This document shows, in pieces, positions 40,096-50,544 of a stretch of 64,000 nt of DNA (positions within the stretch are counted from its first letter, which is position 1; every line of letters begins with the position of its first letter). The notes below the pieces were generated by a model. That model did no database searches and was not told where the DNA came from. It was given only the letters and a program-made list of their open reading frames with translations. A program made the position numbers and the translations under genes. Origin of the DNA: Clostridia bacterium (GTDB lineage: Bacteria > Bacillota > Clostridia > HGM11514); assembly GCA_045586685.1 (NCBI GenBank), contig JAZNAU010000020.1:1-64000 (forward strand). The letters are read 5' to 3'.

Positions 40096-41277
40096 CTATA
40101 TTGTTTTATTACATACATCTATTATTTTATCGGCAGCCTGTTTTGCGCCTGAACAACGCTTGAATCCTTCTGCGATTTTTTCAGCATTACGCTTATAAAT
40201 GCTATCTTCTAATACTTTATTTATTGCACTTAAAACGGATATTTCATCAATTCTATCAAGTTTTACGCCTGCTCCAAGCTCCAAAACTCGCTGGGCAACA
40301 CCTTTTTGCTCTGTGGTTTGAGGTACCATAACAAGAGGAACTTCAAAATACAAACCTTCGCTGACACTGTTCATTCCACAATGAGACACAAAGACATCTG
40401 CTTTTTTAAGAACAGCAATTTGGTCAACAAATGAATAAACGGATATGTTTTCAGGCAGATTTCCAAACTCCCCGATAGATACCAAATTACCAACAGACAT
40501 AATTACTTGATACTCTGTGTTTCCTAAAGCAGCTATGCAACTTTTGTAAAAAGGCATCATATGGTTATTAACTGTTCCCATTGATATATAAATCAGTTTA
40601 TCCCTATTTTTCTCAATTCCATCTGTTGCAGAGCAAATAGATGGACCTACAAATGCATAATTGTCAGAAAAAGTTTCCGAATAAGGTTGAAATTCAGGTG
40701 AGGTATACACAATTGTATGGGTGTTATCATCACTACCTATAATATCAAAAATATTTTCAATCGGATATCCTTTACACTGCAAACGCTTAATTTGTTTAGA
40801 TGTTTTGAGCATTGAGAAAAACATCTTAAATAAATCACCGATACCTTGTTTCATTACTTTTGCCGAGTGCCTGTTAAATGCAAAAGTTGTAGTTGAAGAA
40901 ACAAAAGGAATCCCGAGTTTGAGTGCAACCGCTTTTCCCCATAATGCCATAGAGTCTGCAACAATACAGTCAGGCTTAAGTTCTGCCATATCTCTACAAA
41001 CCTTATCATCAAGAGCCAGTGTAGTATCTACAAGTATCTTTGTAGAGAACGCCATGTCTTTTCCCACTCGGGTGGAGTCTTTAGCATTTAGTTTTTTCTC
41101 CATATCATAATCATCACAGGATATAAAGATTGCTCCTGTCGACTCAATTTTTTCACGCATAATGTTATATGAATAATACCATACCTGATGTCCGCGAGAA
41201 ACCAGCTCCCGAACAACACCCAAAGTTGGATTTGTATGTCCGTGCGCAGGTATACAAAAGAAAACTATTTTGCTCAT
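40096..41277 (-). CDS. MGT-family (macrolide/xenobiotic) UDP-glycosyltransferase, GT1
   Basis: PAHGHTNPTL, YISMGT, FVSHCGMNSVSE. Confidence 0.88.
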   Translation of the reverse strand: MSKIVFFCIPAHGHTNPTLGVVRELVSRGHQVWYYSYNIMREKIESTGAIFISCDDYDMEKKLNAKDSTRVGKDMAFSTKILVDTTLALDDKVCRDMAELKPDCIVADSMALWGKAVALKLGIPFVSSTTTFAFNRHSAKVMKQGIGDLFKMFFSMLKTSKQIKRLQCKGYPIENIFDIIGSDDNTHTIVYTSPEFQPYSETFSDNYAFVGPSICSATDGIEKNRDKLIYISMGTVNNHMMPFYKSCIAALGNTEYQVIMSVGNLVSIGEFGNLPENISVYSFVDQIAVLKKADVFVSHCGMNSVSEGLYFEVPLVMVPQTTEQKGVAQRVLELGAGVKLDRIDEISVLSAINKVLEDSIYKRNAEKIAEGFKRCSGAKQAADKIIDVCNKTI

Positions 41278-41293
41278 ATTACTTCTCCTGATT

Positions 41294-41512
41294 TCATTCT
41301 TCTATATCACTGAAAATTTGTTTCATATAATTTTGTTGCTTTGCTTTTGGAAGAATTGCTATTCCTCTCTCTACTTCCCCAAGAACTAAAATCTCATCTC
41401 CCGGATACAGTTCAAACAGTTCCCTTGCTTCTTTTGGAATAACAAACTGTCCCTTTTCACCGATTTTGACCATCCATGCATATTTATCTTCGTGTATATT
41501 CATATCTGACAC
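41294..41512 (-). CDS. AbrB/MazE/SpoVT family DNA-binding protein
   Basis: VKIGEKGQFVIPKEARE. Confidence 0.88.
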   Translation of the reverse strand: MSDMNIHEDKYAWMVKIGEKGQFVIPKEARELFELYPGDEILVLGEVERGIAILPKAKQQNYMKQIFSDIEE

Positions 41513-41525
41513 TTCCTTGTATAAT

Positions 41526-41565
41526 TGGTATGAATAATCATACCATAGTTTTATGTGATTGTCAA
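41526..41565 (-). promoter_or_regulatory. Extended -10 sigma-A promoter overlapped by a palindromic operator
   Basis: TTGACA-17 bp-TATGAT on the minus strand; TGGTATGA-N4-TCATACCA at 41526-41545. Confidence 0.7.
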
Positions 41566-41656
41566 TAGAATGAAAAAATTTACTATGAAATATTCTATTA
41601 CAGTTTGTACCGCTAATATGTTCGCATTAAAATTGATCCTTTTTTCTTTGTGTAAC

Positions 41657-41699
41657 AAAAAAGGAGCTGCAGCAAAATAATTTTGCCGTAGCTCCTTTT
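41657..41699 (-). terminator. Terminator after carA-carB-rdgB
   Basis: AAAAGGAGCT..AGCTCCTTTT hairpin. Confidence 0.75.
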
Positions 41700-41722
41700 A
41701 TTATAGAATTAGAAAAGCTCCA

Positions 41723-42295
41723 TTATCGCAGTTTTTCCTTTAAAGCACGAATTGCTCTGCCTCTGTGACTAATGCTGTTTTTCTCCTCCCCTGTCAGCTG
41801 TCCAAAGGTTTTATCAAACTCCTTTACATGAAACACAGGGTCATATCCAAATCCACCGTCTCCCAAGGGTTTATAAAGGATTTCTCCTTCACATTCACCA
41901 AGGGCTGTCACAATCTTTCCTTGGGGAGTACAAAGGGCAACCACAGAAACAAATTTTGCCTTTCTGTCTTCTTTGTCCTTCATTTCCTCCAACAGCTTTT
42001 CAATCCGCTGCCTATCTGTTGCATCATCCCCGGCATAGCGAGCCGAGTAAACTCCAGGTGCCCCCTGCAGGGCATCCACGCAAAGACCGGAATCATCTGC
42101 AATGGCGGTCATTCCTGTTAGTTTTGCAATTTCAGAGGCTTTTTTTATGGCATTTTCCTCAAAGGTGGTGCCATCCTCCTCCACCTCAATCTCTAAAGAA
42201 ACATCCTTTAAAGAAAGAATCGTATCCTCTGCAAAAATTTCACAGAATTCTTTCAGTTTTCCTTCATTATTACTCGCAAGCAGATAGGTGCTCAT
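41723..42295 (-). CDS. rdgB: XTP/dITP diphosphatase (Ham1)
   Basis: ADDSGL, PGVYSARY, GFGYDPVF, SHRGRA. Confidence 0.95.
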   Translation of the reverse strand: MSTYLLASNNEGKLKEFCEIFAEDTILSLKDVSLEIEVEEDGTTFEENAIKKASEIAKLTGMTAIADDSGLCVDALQGAPGVYSARYAGDDATDRQRIEKLLEEMKDKEDRKAKFVSVVALCTPQGKIVTALGECEGEILYKPLGDGGFGYDPVFHVKEFDKTFGQLTGEEKNSISHRGRAIRALKEKLR

Positions 42296-42307
42296 TGAAT
42301 CACCGCC

Positions 42308-45300
42308 TTAAATCTTGGTAATATCTACAATATGCTCTTCATAGTTTTCGGTATAATCCATGCTGATGAGTAACGCTTCTGCCGTATCCAAAGAGGTCAG
42401 GCAAGGCACAGAGGCTTCTACCGAACAACGCCGAATACGGAAGCCGTCTCTTTCGTTGTCACTGCCTTTAGAAGGAGTGTTAATGACCAGATTGACCTCA
42501 CCGGAGCGAAGTAAATCGGTAATGTTAGGAGACCCTTCCGAAATGGTATTCACATGTTTTGCTGCAATACCATGGTCATTTAAGAATTTACAGGTTCCCT
42601 TTGTTGCATACACCTCGTAATTCCGTTCCACAAACTTTTTGATAACAGGCAATGCTTCTTCCTTGTCCTCATCACGAATGGTAGCAACCATTTTGCCCCC
42701 CTTCTCTACCTTTGTGCCCGTTGCAATAAAGGCTTTCAAAAGTGCGTGAGGGAAGGATTTTGAAATTCCCAGAACTTCTCCTGTTGACTTCATTTCAGGT
42801 CCTAAACTAATGTCTACATCATGAAGCTTTTCAAAAGAAAATACAGGCATTTTTACAGCCACATAGTCGCTTTCCGGATACAATACATCCGTATAGCCCA
42901 TATCCGGCAATTTCTCACCCAGTAATGCTCTTGTTGCAACATCAATCATAGGAACATTTGTTACCTTACTAATATAAGGAACCGTACGGCTGGAACGGGG
43001 ATTTACCTCGATGACATACACCGTTTCATCCGATACAATAAACTGAATGTTAATCATACCCACAACATGCAGTGCTCTTGCCAGACGGCAGGAGTAGTCC
43101 ACAATCACATCTTTTGCATGCTGGCTCATGGTTTGAGGCGGATAAACAGAAATACTGTCACCAGAGTGAACACCTGACCGTTCCAAATGTTGCATAATAC
43201 CGGGAATCAGTACATTTTCGCCGTCGCAGATGGCATCCACTTCTGCCTCTGTTCCCATGACATACTTATCCACCAGAATGGGATGTTCCTGAGTCACACG
43301 GTTAATAATATTCATATAATTGGTAATTTCCTGATCAGACAGAGCAATTTCCATACCCTGACCGCCCAATACATAGGAAGGACGAACCAGAACAGGGTAG
43401 CCAAGCTCGTTAGCAGCCGCAATAGCTTCTTCACAAGTAAAGACAGTTTTTCCCTTAGGACGGGCAATTCCGCATTCTTCTAAGATGTTATCAAATGCTT
43501 CTCTGTCCTCTGCGTTGTTCACATCTCTTGCATCGGTCCCCAAGATTTTCACGCCCATATCTTCCAATGCTTGAGTCAGCTTAATTGCGGTCTGACCGCC
43601 AAATTGAACAATCGCACCCTCAGGCTGTTCCAAATCCACAATGTTTTCTACATCTTCAGCGGTCAGCGGTTCAAAATACAGCTTGTCCGCAATATCAAAG
43701 TCGGTAGAAACCGTTTCTGGATTGTTGTTAATAATAATGGTTTCGTATCCGCATTTTGACAATGCCCAAACACTGTGAACGGAACAATAGTCAAACTCAA
43801 TCCCCTGACCGATACGAATAGGGCCTGACCCCAAAACAAGCACCTTCTTCTTATTAGAAGGAACTGATTCATTTTCAGTATCGTAAGAAGAATAGTAATA
43901 AGGTGTTTCCGCCTGAAACTCTGCCGCACAGGTATCCACCAGCTTATAAGTGGGTAAAATGCCCCAATCAAGCCGTTTTTGACGAATTTCTCCGGGTAGC
44001 AATCCTGCATATTCTCCAATTAGTTTATCGGTATATCCCGTTTGCTTTGCTTTTCGCAAAAGCTCAGGGGTCATCAATTCTGATTTTAAAGCATCTTCCA
44101 TTTGCACCAGCATACGGAATTGATTTAAGAACCACTTATCCATTTTGGTAACTTCGTTGATTTCCTCAATGGAAATTCCTTTGCGAAGTGCTTCTGCAAT
44201 TACGAAAATTCTTTCGTCATCAACCTTTTTCAACGCTTCTCTTAACTGTTCAACCGTATAGTCTGCTATCTTGGGAAGATACAGACTGTCCAAATGCTGT
44301 TCCAGAGAACGGATTGCCTTCATCAATGCGCCTGTAAAGGTAGGACTGATGGACATAACCTCCCCTGTTGCCTTCATCTGTGTACCCAAAGTACGTTCTG
44401 CATGAACAAATTTATCAAAGGGCCACTTAGGAATCTTCACAACCACATAGTCAATAGTAGGCTCAAAAGATGCATAAGTGGTTTTGGTTACTGCATTTTT
44501 AATTTCGTCCAGACCGTAGCCCAATGCAATTTTAGATGCAACCTTTGCGATTGGGTATCCCGTTGCCTTAGACGCCAGTGCAGAAGAACGGCTCAAACGG
44601 GGATTTACTTCGATTACCGCATATTCAAAGCTGTCAGGCTTTAATGCAAACTGAACATTACATCCGCCCTCAATTCCTAATGCAGAAATAATTTTCAAGG
44701 CAGAAGAACGGAGCATCTGAAATTCCTTGTTTTCCAAAGTCTGACAAGGAGCAACAACAATACTGTCCCCTGTATGAACCCCAACTGGGTCTACATTTTC
44801 CATACTGCAAATGGTAATACAACTACCCTTTGCATCCCGCATAACTTCAAATTCAATTTCCTTCCAGCCGGAAATACATTTTTCAATCAATACCTGTCCC
44901 ACACGGCTGAGTCTCAAGCCGTTGGGAGCAATTTCCGAAAGCTCATATTCATTATTGGCAATACCGCCTCCCGTTCCCCCCAAGGTGTAAGCAGGACGGA
45001 CAATCACAGGAAACCCAATTTCATTGGAAAAGGCAAGAGCATCTTCATAATTATCCACAACCTTGCTTGCAATACAAGGCTCATTGATGGATTCCATAGT
45101 ATCTTTAAACGCCTGACGGTCCTCCGCCATTTTAATACTTTTTGCTGAAGTGCCAAGCATGGTAACACCATGCTCCTGTAAAAAACCTTCCTCAGCCAGC
45201 TCCATTGCCAAATTCAAGCCCGTCTGACCTCCAAGAGTAGGCAAAATGCTGTCCGGCTTTTCTTCTAAAATAACTTTCTTTAATACAGGAATAGTCAAAG

Positions 45301-45502
45301 GTTCGATATACACTCTGTCCGCAATATCTTTATCTGTCATAATGGTTGCGGGATTCGAATTGATCAACACAACCTCCAGTCCTTCTTCTTTCAGGGAACG
45401 GCAGGCCTGTGTTCCTGCATAGTCAAACTCTGCTGCCTGACCGATAATAATAGGACCTGAGCCAATCATCAATACTTTCTTAATTTCAGGATTTTTAGGC
45501 AT
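42308..45502 (-). CDS. carB: Carbamoyl-phosphate synthase large subunit
   Basis: [15 protein letters not shown], duplicated ATP-grasp domains, MGS domain. Confidence 0.97.
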   Translation of the reverse strand: MPKNPEIKKVLMIGSGPIIIGQAAEFDYAGTQACRSLKEEGLEVVLINSNPATIMTDKDIADRVYIEPLTIPVLKKVILEEKPDSILPTLGGQTGLNLAMELAEEGFLQEHGVTMLGTSAKSIKMAEDRQAFKDTMESINEPCIASKVVDNYEDALAFSNEIGFPVIVRPAYTLGGTGGGIANNEYELSEIAPNGLRLSRVGQVLIEKCISGWKEIEFEVMRDAKGSCITICSMENVDPVGVHTGDSIVVAPCQTLENKEFQMLRSSALKIISALGIEGGCNVQFALKPDSFEYAVIEVNPRLSRSSALASKATGYPIAKVASKIALGYGLDEIKNAVTKTTYASFEPTIDYVVVKIPKWPFDKFVHAERTLGTQMKATGEVMSISPTFTGALMKAIRSLEQHLDSLYLPKIADYTVEQLREALKKVDDERIFVIAEALRKGISIEEINEVTKMDKWFLNQFRMLVQMEDALKSELMTPELLRKAKQTGYTDKLIGEYAGLLPGEIRQKRLDWGILPTYKLVDTCAAEFQAETPYYYSSYDTENESVPSNKKKVLVLGSGPIRIGQGIEFDYCSVHSVWALSKCGYETIIINNNPETVSTDFDIADKLYFEPLTAEDVENIVDLEQPEGAIVQFGGQTAIKLTQALEDMGVKILGTDARDVNNAEDREAFDNILEECGIARPKGKTVFTCEEAIAAANELGYPVLVRPSYVLGGQGMEIALSDQEITNYMNIINRVTQEHPILVDKYVMGTEAEVDAICDGENVLIPGIMQHLERSGVHSGDSISVYPPQTMSQHAKDVIVDYSCRLARALHVVGMINIQFIVSDETVYVIEVNPRSSRTVPYISKVTNVPMIDVATRALLGEKLPDMGYTDVLYPESDYVAVKMPVFSFEKLHDVDISLGPEMKSTGEVLGISKSFPHALLKAFIATGTKVEKGGKMVATIRDEDKEEALPVIKKFVERNYEVYATKGTCKFLNDHGIAAKHVNTISEGSPNITDLLRSGEVNLVINTPSKGSDNERDGFRIRRCSVEASVPCLTSLDTAEALLISMDYTENYEEHIVDITKI

Positions 45503-46577
45503 TGTAAGTTCCCTCCTTTATCATAGTAAGAAATGAGTCAAACACAAATCCGGTATCGGTAGGACCATCGCTGGCAACCGGATGGAACTGAACACCGGAA
45601 ACCAATGTATTAGGGTAAGAAATCCCTTCGCAACTGTTATCGTTTACGTTTACATGGGTCAGCTTTGCAATTCCTTTCGAAAAGCTGTCCATATCCACTT
45701 CGTAAGTATGATTCTGAGAGGTAATATACACTCTGTCCTGAGATAAATCTCTCACAGGATTACTGGAACCGTGATGGCCATATTTCATCTTTTTTGTATC
45801 ACCGCCCATTGCCAAAGCAATGAGCTGGTGCCCCAAACCAATGCCGAATACAGGAAGTCCGGATTTACAAAGTTCCTTTACACAATCAATCAGCTTGTTA
45901 CATTCTTTCGGATTTCCGGGACCGTTTGTAATAAAAATTCCCTTGGGGGCTGATGCCAGTATGGTTTTTGCAGAGGTGTCGTAAGGATAAAAATCCAAAA
46001 CAAACCCCTGATTCTTCAGCATTTTTGCCATGCTTTTTTTCAGTCCTAAATCAAGGATAGCAATCTTTTCACCGGAAACTGAAGACCGCATTTGCTCCTG
46101 CACACCCGTCTTTGCAACCACACCTTTTACAGAGTACGCCTTTGCTTTTGAAATGCATTCTTCCAAATCAAAGTCTTCATTACAGGTTAACACCGCGTTC
46201 ATAACCCCCTGCTCTCGAAGGATACGGGTCAACATTCTGGTATCAATTCCTTCGATACCCGGAATGTCCCATTCCTTCAGAAGACTTTCCAAGTCCCCTT
46301 TTGCACGGAAGTTGCTGGGGAAACGGGACAGTTCTTTTACAATCAGTGCTTCCACCCACAATTTATCAGATTCCCAATCCTCTTTATTCACACCACAGTT
46401 TCCAATCAATGGATAGGTCATCAACAACCCTTGTCCCGCATAAGAGGGATCGGTCAGTGTCTCCAAATATCCCACCATTGAGGTATTGAACACAATCTCA
46501 CATACCGCATCCCGAGTGGAGCCAAAGCTTTGTCCTTCAAACACTTGCCCATTTTCCAAAATCAAAAATGCTTTCAA
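45495..46577 (-). CDS. carA: Carbamoyl-phosphate synthase small subunit with a degenerate glutaminase site
   Basis: EIVFNT..LTDPSY, GIDTR, NGPGNP, SQNH; GIGLGHQ and QFHPV replace the usual GICLGHQ and QFHPE; start position approximate. Confidence 0.9.
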   Translation of the reverse strand: MKAFLILENGQVFEGQSFGSTRDAVCEIVFNTSMVGYLETLTDPSYAGQGLLMTYPLIGNCGVNKEDWESDKLWVEALIVKELSRFPSNFRAKGDLESLLKEWDIPGIEGIDTRMLTRILREQGVMNAVLTCNEDFDLEECISKAKAYSVKGVVAKTGVQEQMRSSVSGEKIAILDLGLKKSMAKMLKNQGFVLDFYPYDTSAKTILASAPKGIFITNGPGNPKECNKLIDCVKELCKSGLPVFGIGLGHQLIALAMGGDTKKMKYGHHGSSNPVRDLSQDRVYITSQNHTYEVDMDSFSKGIAKLTHVNVNDNSCEGISYPNTLVSGVQFHPVASDGPTDTGFVFDSFLTMIKEGTYNA

Positions 46578-46652
46578 ACTGTTCACTCCCATCACTATTT
46601 TTTCGTCTTTTTCATTGGTATTCATAATTTGACGAATATTCTGTTTTAAAAA

Positions 46653-46742
46653 AATGAATTTTTATTAGTTTTTATGAATAAATATTAGTTTTTGACCAAA
46701 AAAAATTCTGAAAAACGAATTTTTTTACATATCTATTCATAT
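46653..46742. promoter_or_regulatory. Possible ArgR (ARG-box-like) sites upstream of carA
   Basis: Tandem ATGAAT-W4-ATTAGT words and ATGAATAGATATGTA on the minus strand; AT-rich context makes this uncertain. Confidence 0.35.
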
Positions 46743-46815
46743 TCTGTTTGCTGTAAAAAGCCATTTTTTCTATTTTAACTCATTTCCGCAAAAAAATCAA
46801 GTGTTTTTAAAAAAT

Positions 46816-46842
46816 AAAAAGGCGGTTTTTGACCGCCTTTTT
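46816..46842 (-). terminator. Terminator after the glycosyltransferase gene
   Basis: AAAAAGGCGGT..ACCGCCTTTTT. Confidence 0.75.
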
Positions 46843-46890
46843 CGCATTTTTTTGGTAAATTTGTAAAATTCTCAGAAAAACTCCGCATTT

Positions 46891-48000
46891 TTATGGTTTC
46901 AAATTGAGAATAAACTCGGCGAAATCTGATGCAGCATTGGGTTTCCCCAGATAACCAATCAGAGACTCTGTCTGATTTCTTCTTCGGGTGTTTGCCATTG
47001 CCTGATACACCGCTTCATCCAAAGGAACGGTCTTAGTTACACGAAGTGCTGCACCGTTGTTTACTAAAAATTCACTGTTTCTGTCCTCTTGACCTGGAAT
47101 GGGATTGATGAGAACCATAAAAAGACCCTTTGCCAGAGCCTCCGAGGAGGTCAGCCCCCCCGGCTTTGTTACAATACAATCTGCCGCATCCATCATTTCG
47201 GGAACATTATTTACATATCCGAAATTATAGAGCTTTTTTCTTGTGGTCATACGGTCGATTTTCCGTTTGGCTCTGATGTTGTTACCGCATACGCAAAGAA
47301 CCTGAAAATCCAGAGGAACACTGTCAATTTTCTCAATCAGACCTGCTAAATTACCATATCCCATGCTACCGCTCATCACCAAAACGGTATCCTTATTTGC
47401 AATTCCAAGCTGCCGTCTTGCCTCTGACTTGTCCAGTTTTTTGGCAAACTGTTCTCCCACAGGAATTCCGATTGGCACCGCCTTTTCAACAGGCACTCCT
47501 CGCTTTTCCAGTTGTAAATTCATTAAATGAGAAGGAGTAACGTAATAATCAATCTCTGTATCCTCCCAGAAAGGATGCAAGGTAAAATCTGTGACAATTC
47601 CCACCACCTTAACCCCTTTTAAATACCCTTTTCTTTGCAACACCGTTACCAGATGGGCAGACAGCACATGGGTGCACACTATTACATTGGGCTTATATTC
47701 ATCCAAAAAATCCGTCAGCTTACGGGAAAGAATAACATTGAATAATTTACCTAAAGAAAAAGGACTGGTAAAGCTGTAATTTTTTTCTGCCCAACGATAC
47801 ATTCTCCCATACTCTTTCGGAGAAATTTTAGTAGAAATCAAGTATCCTTTTGAAAGAGAATCGCTGTATGTAGGGCTGATATATTCATAAACATCCAGCG
47901 TGTCACAAGTAACACCCTTCTTGTTAAGAGCCTCCACTGTTGCCTTCGCCGCTTGATGATGCCCCTGGCCTGTAGAAACGGACATGAGTAAAACTTTCAT
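46891..48000 (-). CDS. MGDG synthase / UgtP-like diacylglycerol glycosyltransferase
   Basis: TGQGHHQAA, IVTDF..HPFW, TKPGGLTSSE, PIPGQEDRN. Confidence 0.9.
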   Translation of the reverse strand: MKVLLMSVSTGQGHHQAAKATVEALNKKGVTCDTLDVYEYISPTYSDSLSKGYLISTKISPKEYGRMYRWAEKNYSFTSPFSLGKLFNVILSRKLTDFLDEYKPNVIVCTHVLSAHLVTVLQRKGYLKGVKVVGIVTDFTLHPFWEDTEIDYYVTPSHLMNLQLEKRGVPVEKAVPIGIPVGEQFAKKLDKSEARRQLGIANKDTVLVMSGSMGYGNLAGLIEKIDSVPLDFQVLCVCGNNIRAKRKIDRMTTRKKLYNFGYVNNVPEMMDAADCIVTKPGGLTSSEALAKGLFMVLINPIPGQEDRNSEFLVNNGAALRVTKTVPLDEAVYQAMANTRRRNQTESLIGYLGKPNAASDFAEFILNLKP

Positions 48001-48137
48001 CAAAACTCCTCCCTTTCCGTAATTCCTGTTATATTTATTATACCTTAGTTTTTCCAAAAATACAAGTCCCGTCTGCACATTTTTTCCTAACTTTCATAGT
48101 ATAACAGTGAAGGTAAGCCGAAGGGAGGTGACTACAC

Positions 48138-48239
48138 ATGAATGGAAGCTGCGGTATCTTTGGCGAGAACAGCGAAATCCTGTTTTTCATCCTTGTATTC
48201 CTTTTGATTTTCTGCTGCGGTTGTGGCTGTAACAACTAA
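48138..48239 (+). CDS. 33-aa Cys-rich single-TM peptide
   Basis: MNGSCGIFGENSEILFFILVFLLIFCCGCGCNN; GGGAGGTG RBS. Confidence 0.75.
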   Translation: MNGSCGIFGENSEILFFILVFLLIFCCGCGCNN

Positions 48240-48279
48240 AGTATGTTCATGTAATCTGAAGAAAGAGAGGTGATAAATA

Positions 48280-48402
48280 ATGGGATTCTTAGGCCGTATG
48301 GGAAATAACGGTTGCGGAAACAATGACACTGTACTGTGGTTCATCATTTTGTTCCTGCTTCTGTTCTGGTGCAACAATAACGACTGTTGCTGCGAAAACT
48401 AA
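48280..48402 (+). CDS. 40-aa Cys-rich single-TM peptide
   Basis: MGFLGRMGNNGCGNNDTVLWFIILFLLLFWCNNNDCCCEN; GAGAGGTG RBS. Confidence 0.75.
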   Translation: MGFLGRMGNNGCGNNDTVLWFIILFLLLFWCNNNDCCCEN

Positions 48403-48425
48403 TTAAAAATAACGGAGGGAAAATC

Positions 48426-48563
48426 ATGTCAGAAATCAGTACAAACAACTGCGGATGCGGTTTAGACTTTGGTCAAAACAGCTGGATCTGGATTATTATT
48501 GCAATTATTGTCATCTGCTGTCTGTGCGGCGACGGCTTTGGTAACAGCCGTGGTTGTTGCTAA
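48426..48563 (+). CDS. 45-aa Cys-rich single-TM peptide
   Basis: MSEISTNNCGCGLDFGQNSWIWIIIAIIVICCLCGDGFGNSRGCC; GGAGG RBS; terminator follows. Confidence 0.75.
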   Translation: MSEISTNNCGCGLDFGQNSWIWIIIAIIVICCLCGDGFGNSRGCC

Positions 48564-48575
48564 CATAATCATAAC

Positions 48576-48605
48576 AAGGAGTGCGGTTTTCCGCACTCTT
48601 TTTTT
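48576..48605 (+). terminator. Terminator after the peptide cluster
   Basis: GAGTGCGG-TTTT-CCGCACTC followed by a T-tract. Confidence 0.8.
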
Positions 48606-48661
48606 AAGTATAAAACCACTCCACCCTTCATAAGATAGGAACAAAAGAAAGGAGTGGTTTT

Positions 48662-49132
48662 ATGCAAAAAATACATTGGAAATCTCTGCTATGGAATCTG
48701 GCACTGCCCTTATTGACAGGCGGGTTGGCTGCATGGGTCACGGCAGGCTCTATGAGTCAATTTGTATCTCTCAATCAACCGCCACTGTCCCCGCCTGGTT
48801 GGCTATTCCCTATCGTCTGGACCATTTTATATACATTGATGGGGATTTCCTCTTATCTTGTCAGTCAGACCGACAGTCCTTATAAAGAAAGTGCCCTAAG
48901 AGTATACGGGATTCAGTTGGGGGTAAACTTTTTTTGGCCAATTTTATTTTTCAGACTTGAAGCATATCTCGCTGCATTTTTCTGGTTGCTGCTTCTTTGG
49001 GTGCTGATTATTGTGATGATTGTTTTATTTTATAAAGTCAAACCTCTTGCAGGTTTTTTGCAGATCCCCTATTTTCTTTGGGTAACCTTTGCCGCATATC
49101 TTAATCTTGCCATTTATTTTTTAAACAGATAA
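48662..49132 (+). CDS. TspO/MBR family membrane protein
   Basis: PPLSPPGWLFPIVWT, NFFWPILFF, PYFLWVTFAAYLN. Confidence 0.92.
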   Translation: MQKIHWKSLLWNLALPLLTGGLAAWVTAGSMSQFVSLNQPPLSPPGWLFPIVWTILYTLMGISSYLVSQTDSPYKESALRVYGIQLGVNFFWPILFFRLEAYLAAFFWLLLLWVLIIVMIVLFYKVKPLAGFLQIPYFLWVTFAAYLNLAIYFLNR

Positions 49133-49140
49133 CATTTACA

Positions 49141-49173
49141 AAGGGGCTGTAGCACATTTGCTACAGCCCCTCT
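49141..49173. terminator. Terminator between convergent tspO-like and rnfB genes
   Basis: AGGGGCTGTAGCA..TGCTACAGCCCCT. Confidence 0.75.
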
Positions 49174-49176
49174 TAT

Positions 49177-49959
49177 TTAAAACAATTCAATCACTTTAAC
49201 AGGACATTTTTCCATACAGGTTCCGCATCTGGTACATTTGGTATGGTCTATCACAGGAAGATTTTGTTCCATGCTAATGGCTTCTTCCGGACAGTTTTTC
49301 CCGCACAAGCCACAACCGATACAACCTACTTTGCAAACCTGTTTCACCGCCAACCCTTTTTCATGAGAAGAACAGCCAACCCGAACCGCAGAAACAGGCT
49401 GTAATGAAATCAGCTGATTGGGACAAACCTTTACACACTGACCGCAACCTGTACAAAGTGTTTCATCCACAACTGCAATCCCATTCTCACAGGATAATGC
49501 ACCAAACACGCAGGCAGAAACACAACTTCCCAATCCCATACATCCTGTCTTACAAGCCTTTCCGCCGTTTTGTTGAACGGATTTTGCTGCAATACAATCT
49601 CCGGCTCCAAAATAAGTTCCTACCTGTTCTGCTATTCCACAGCTCCCCTTACAGGCTACATAAGCGACTTTTCGTTCCGACTCCTCTGCCTTCACACCAC
49701 AGAGAGCACCAATTTTCTCCGTGTTGGTACACATGGGACAGGCATTCACAGGAGCATCCCCCTTTGCGATTGCTTCTGCCAGTGCATCACAGCCTGCATA
49801 TCCGCAGCCACCGCAGTTATTTCCGGGAAGAAGTTCCCGAATCTGTTCCGCTTTTTCGTTGGGTTCTACATAAAATTGATCCCCTGCAAAATTTAAGATA
49901 AGAGCAATGGCAATTCCAATCGCTCCAATCACAAGGGCAGATAATACGATCACATTCAT
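49177..49959 (-). CDS. rnfB: Rnf complex subunit B (polyferredoxin)
   Basis: LPGNNCGGCGYAGC plus several CxxCxxCxxxCP motifs. Confidence 0.93.
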   Translation of the reverse strand: MNVIVLSALVIGAIGIAIALILNFAGDQFYVEPNEKAEQIRELLPGNNCGGCGYAGCDALAEAIAKGDAPVNACPMCTNTEKIGALCGVKAEESERKVAYVACKGSCGIAEQVGTYFGAGDCIAAKSVQQNGGKACKTGCMGLGSCVSACVFGALSCENGIAVVDETLCTGCGQCVKVCPNQLISLQPVSAVRVGCSSHEKGLAVKQVCKVGCIGCGLCGKNCPEEAISMEQNLPVIDHTKCTRCGTCMEKCPVKVIELF

Positions 49960-49971
49960 TCTTTACACCTC

Positions 49972-50544
49972 CTATAGCATTCCGGCAAAACCGTAAAAGG
50001 CGATTGCCATAAGACCGGATGCCGCCAGCGTAATAGGAGTTCCTTGAAAGGACTTGGGAATATTGTGATGGGTCATCCCTTCCCGAATCCCTGCCAATAT
50101 CACAATCGCTACTGTAAATCCCACCGAAACACCCACTCCATTTACTACACTTTCTACAAAACCGTATCCGCTTTGCACATTGGTAAGGGCAACCCCAAGC
50201 ACTGCACAGTTGGTGGTAATTAAAGGAAGATAAACTCCTAAGGAACGATACAATGCAGGCATTGTCTTTTTCAACACCATCTCCACAAACTGAACTAAAG
50301 CTGCAATCACTAAAATAAATGCAATGGTTTGTAAATATTCCAATCCGCCTTTTAATACAAACTGATAAATCAAACTTGTACAAGCACTGGCAACGGTAAT
50401 AACAAAAACAACTGCCGCACCCATTCCTGCCGCTGTTTTCACCTGTTTGGAAACACCTAAGAAAGGACAAAGTCCTAAAAACTGGCTTAATACAACATTA
50501 TTCACAAATGCAGACGCCACTAAAATCAATGCCAATGTTTTCAT
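49972..50544 (-). CDS. rnfA: Rnf complex subunit A
   Basis: FLGLCPFLGVS, LPLITTNCAVLG. Confidence 0.94.
   Translation of the reverse strand: MKTLALILVASAFVNNVVLSQFLGLCPFLGVSKQVKTAAGMGAAVVFVITVASACTSLIYQFVLKGGLEYLQTIAFILVIAALVQFVEMVLKKTMPALYRSLGVYLPLITTNCAVLGVALTNVQSGYGFVESVVNGVGVSVGFTVAIVILAGIREGMTHHNIPKSFQGTPITLAASGLMAIAFYGFAGML

Noticed and set aside
41294-41512. AbrB/MazE gene as a toxin-antitoxin antitoxin
   Set aside because: No toxin gene adjacent; the partner is a glycosyltransferase.
48132-48644. Minus-strand ORFs 48132-48377 and 48462-48644
   Set aside because: Shadows of the three plus-strand Cys-rich peptides.
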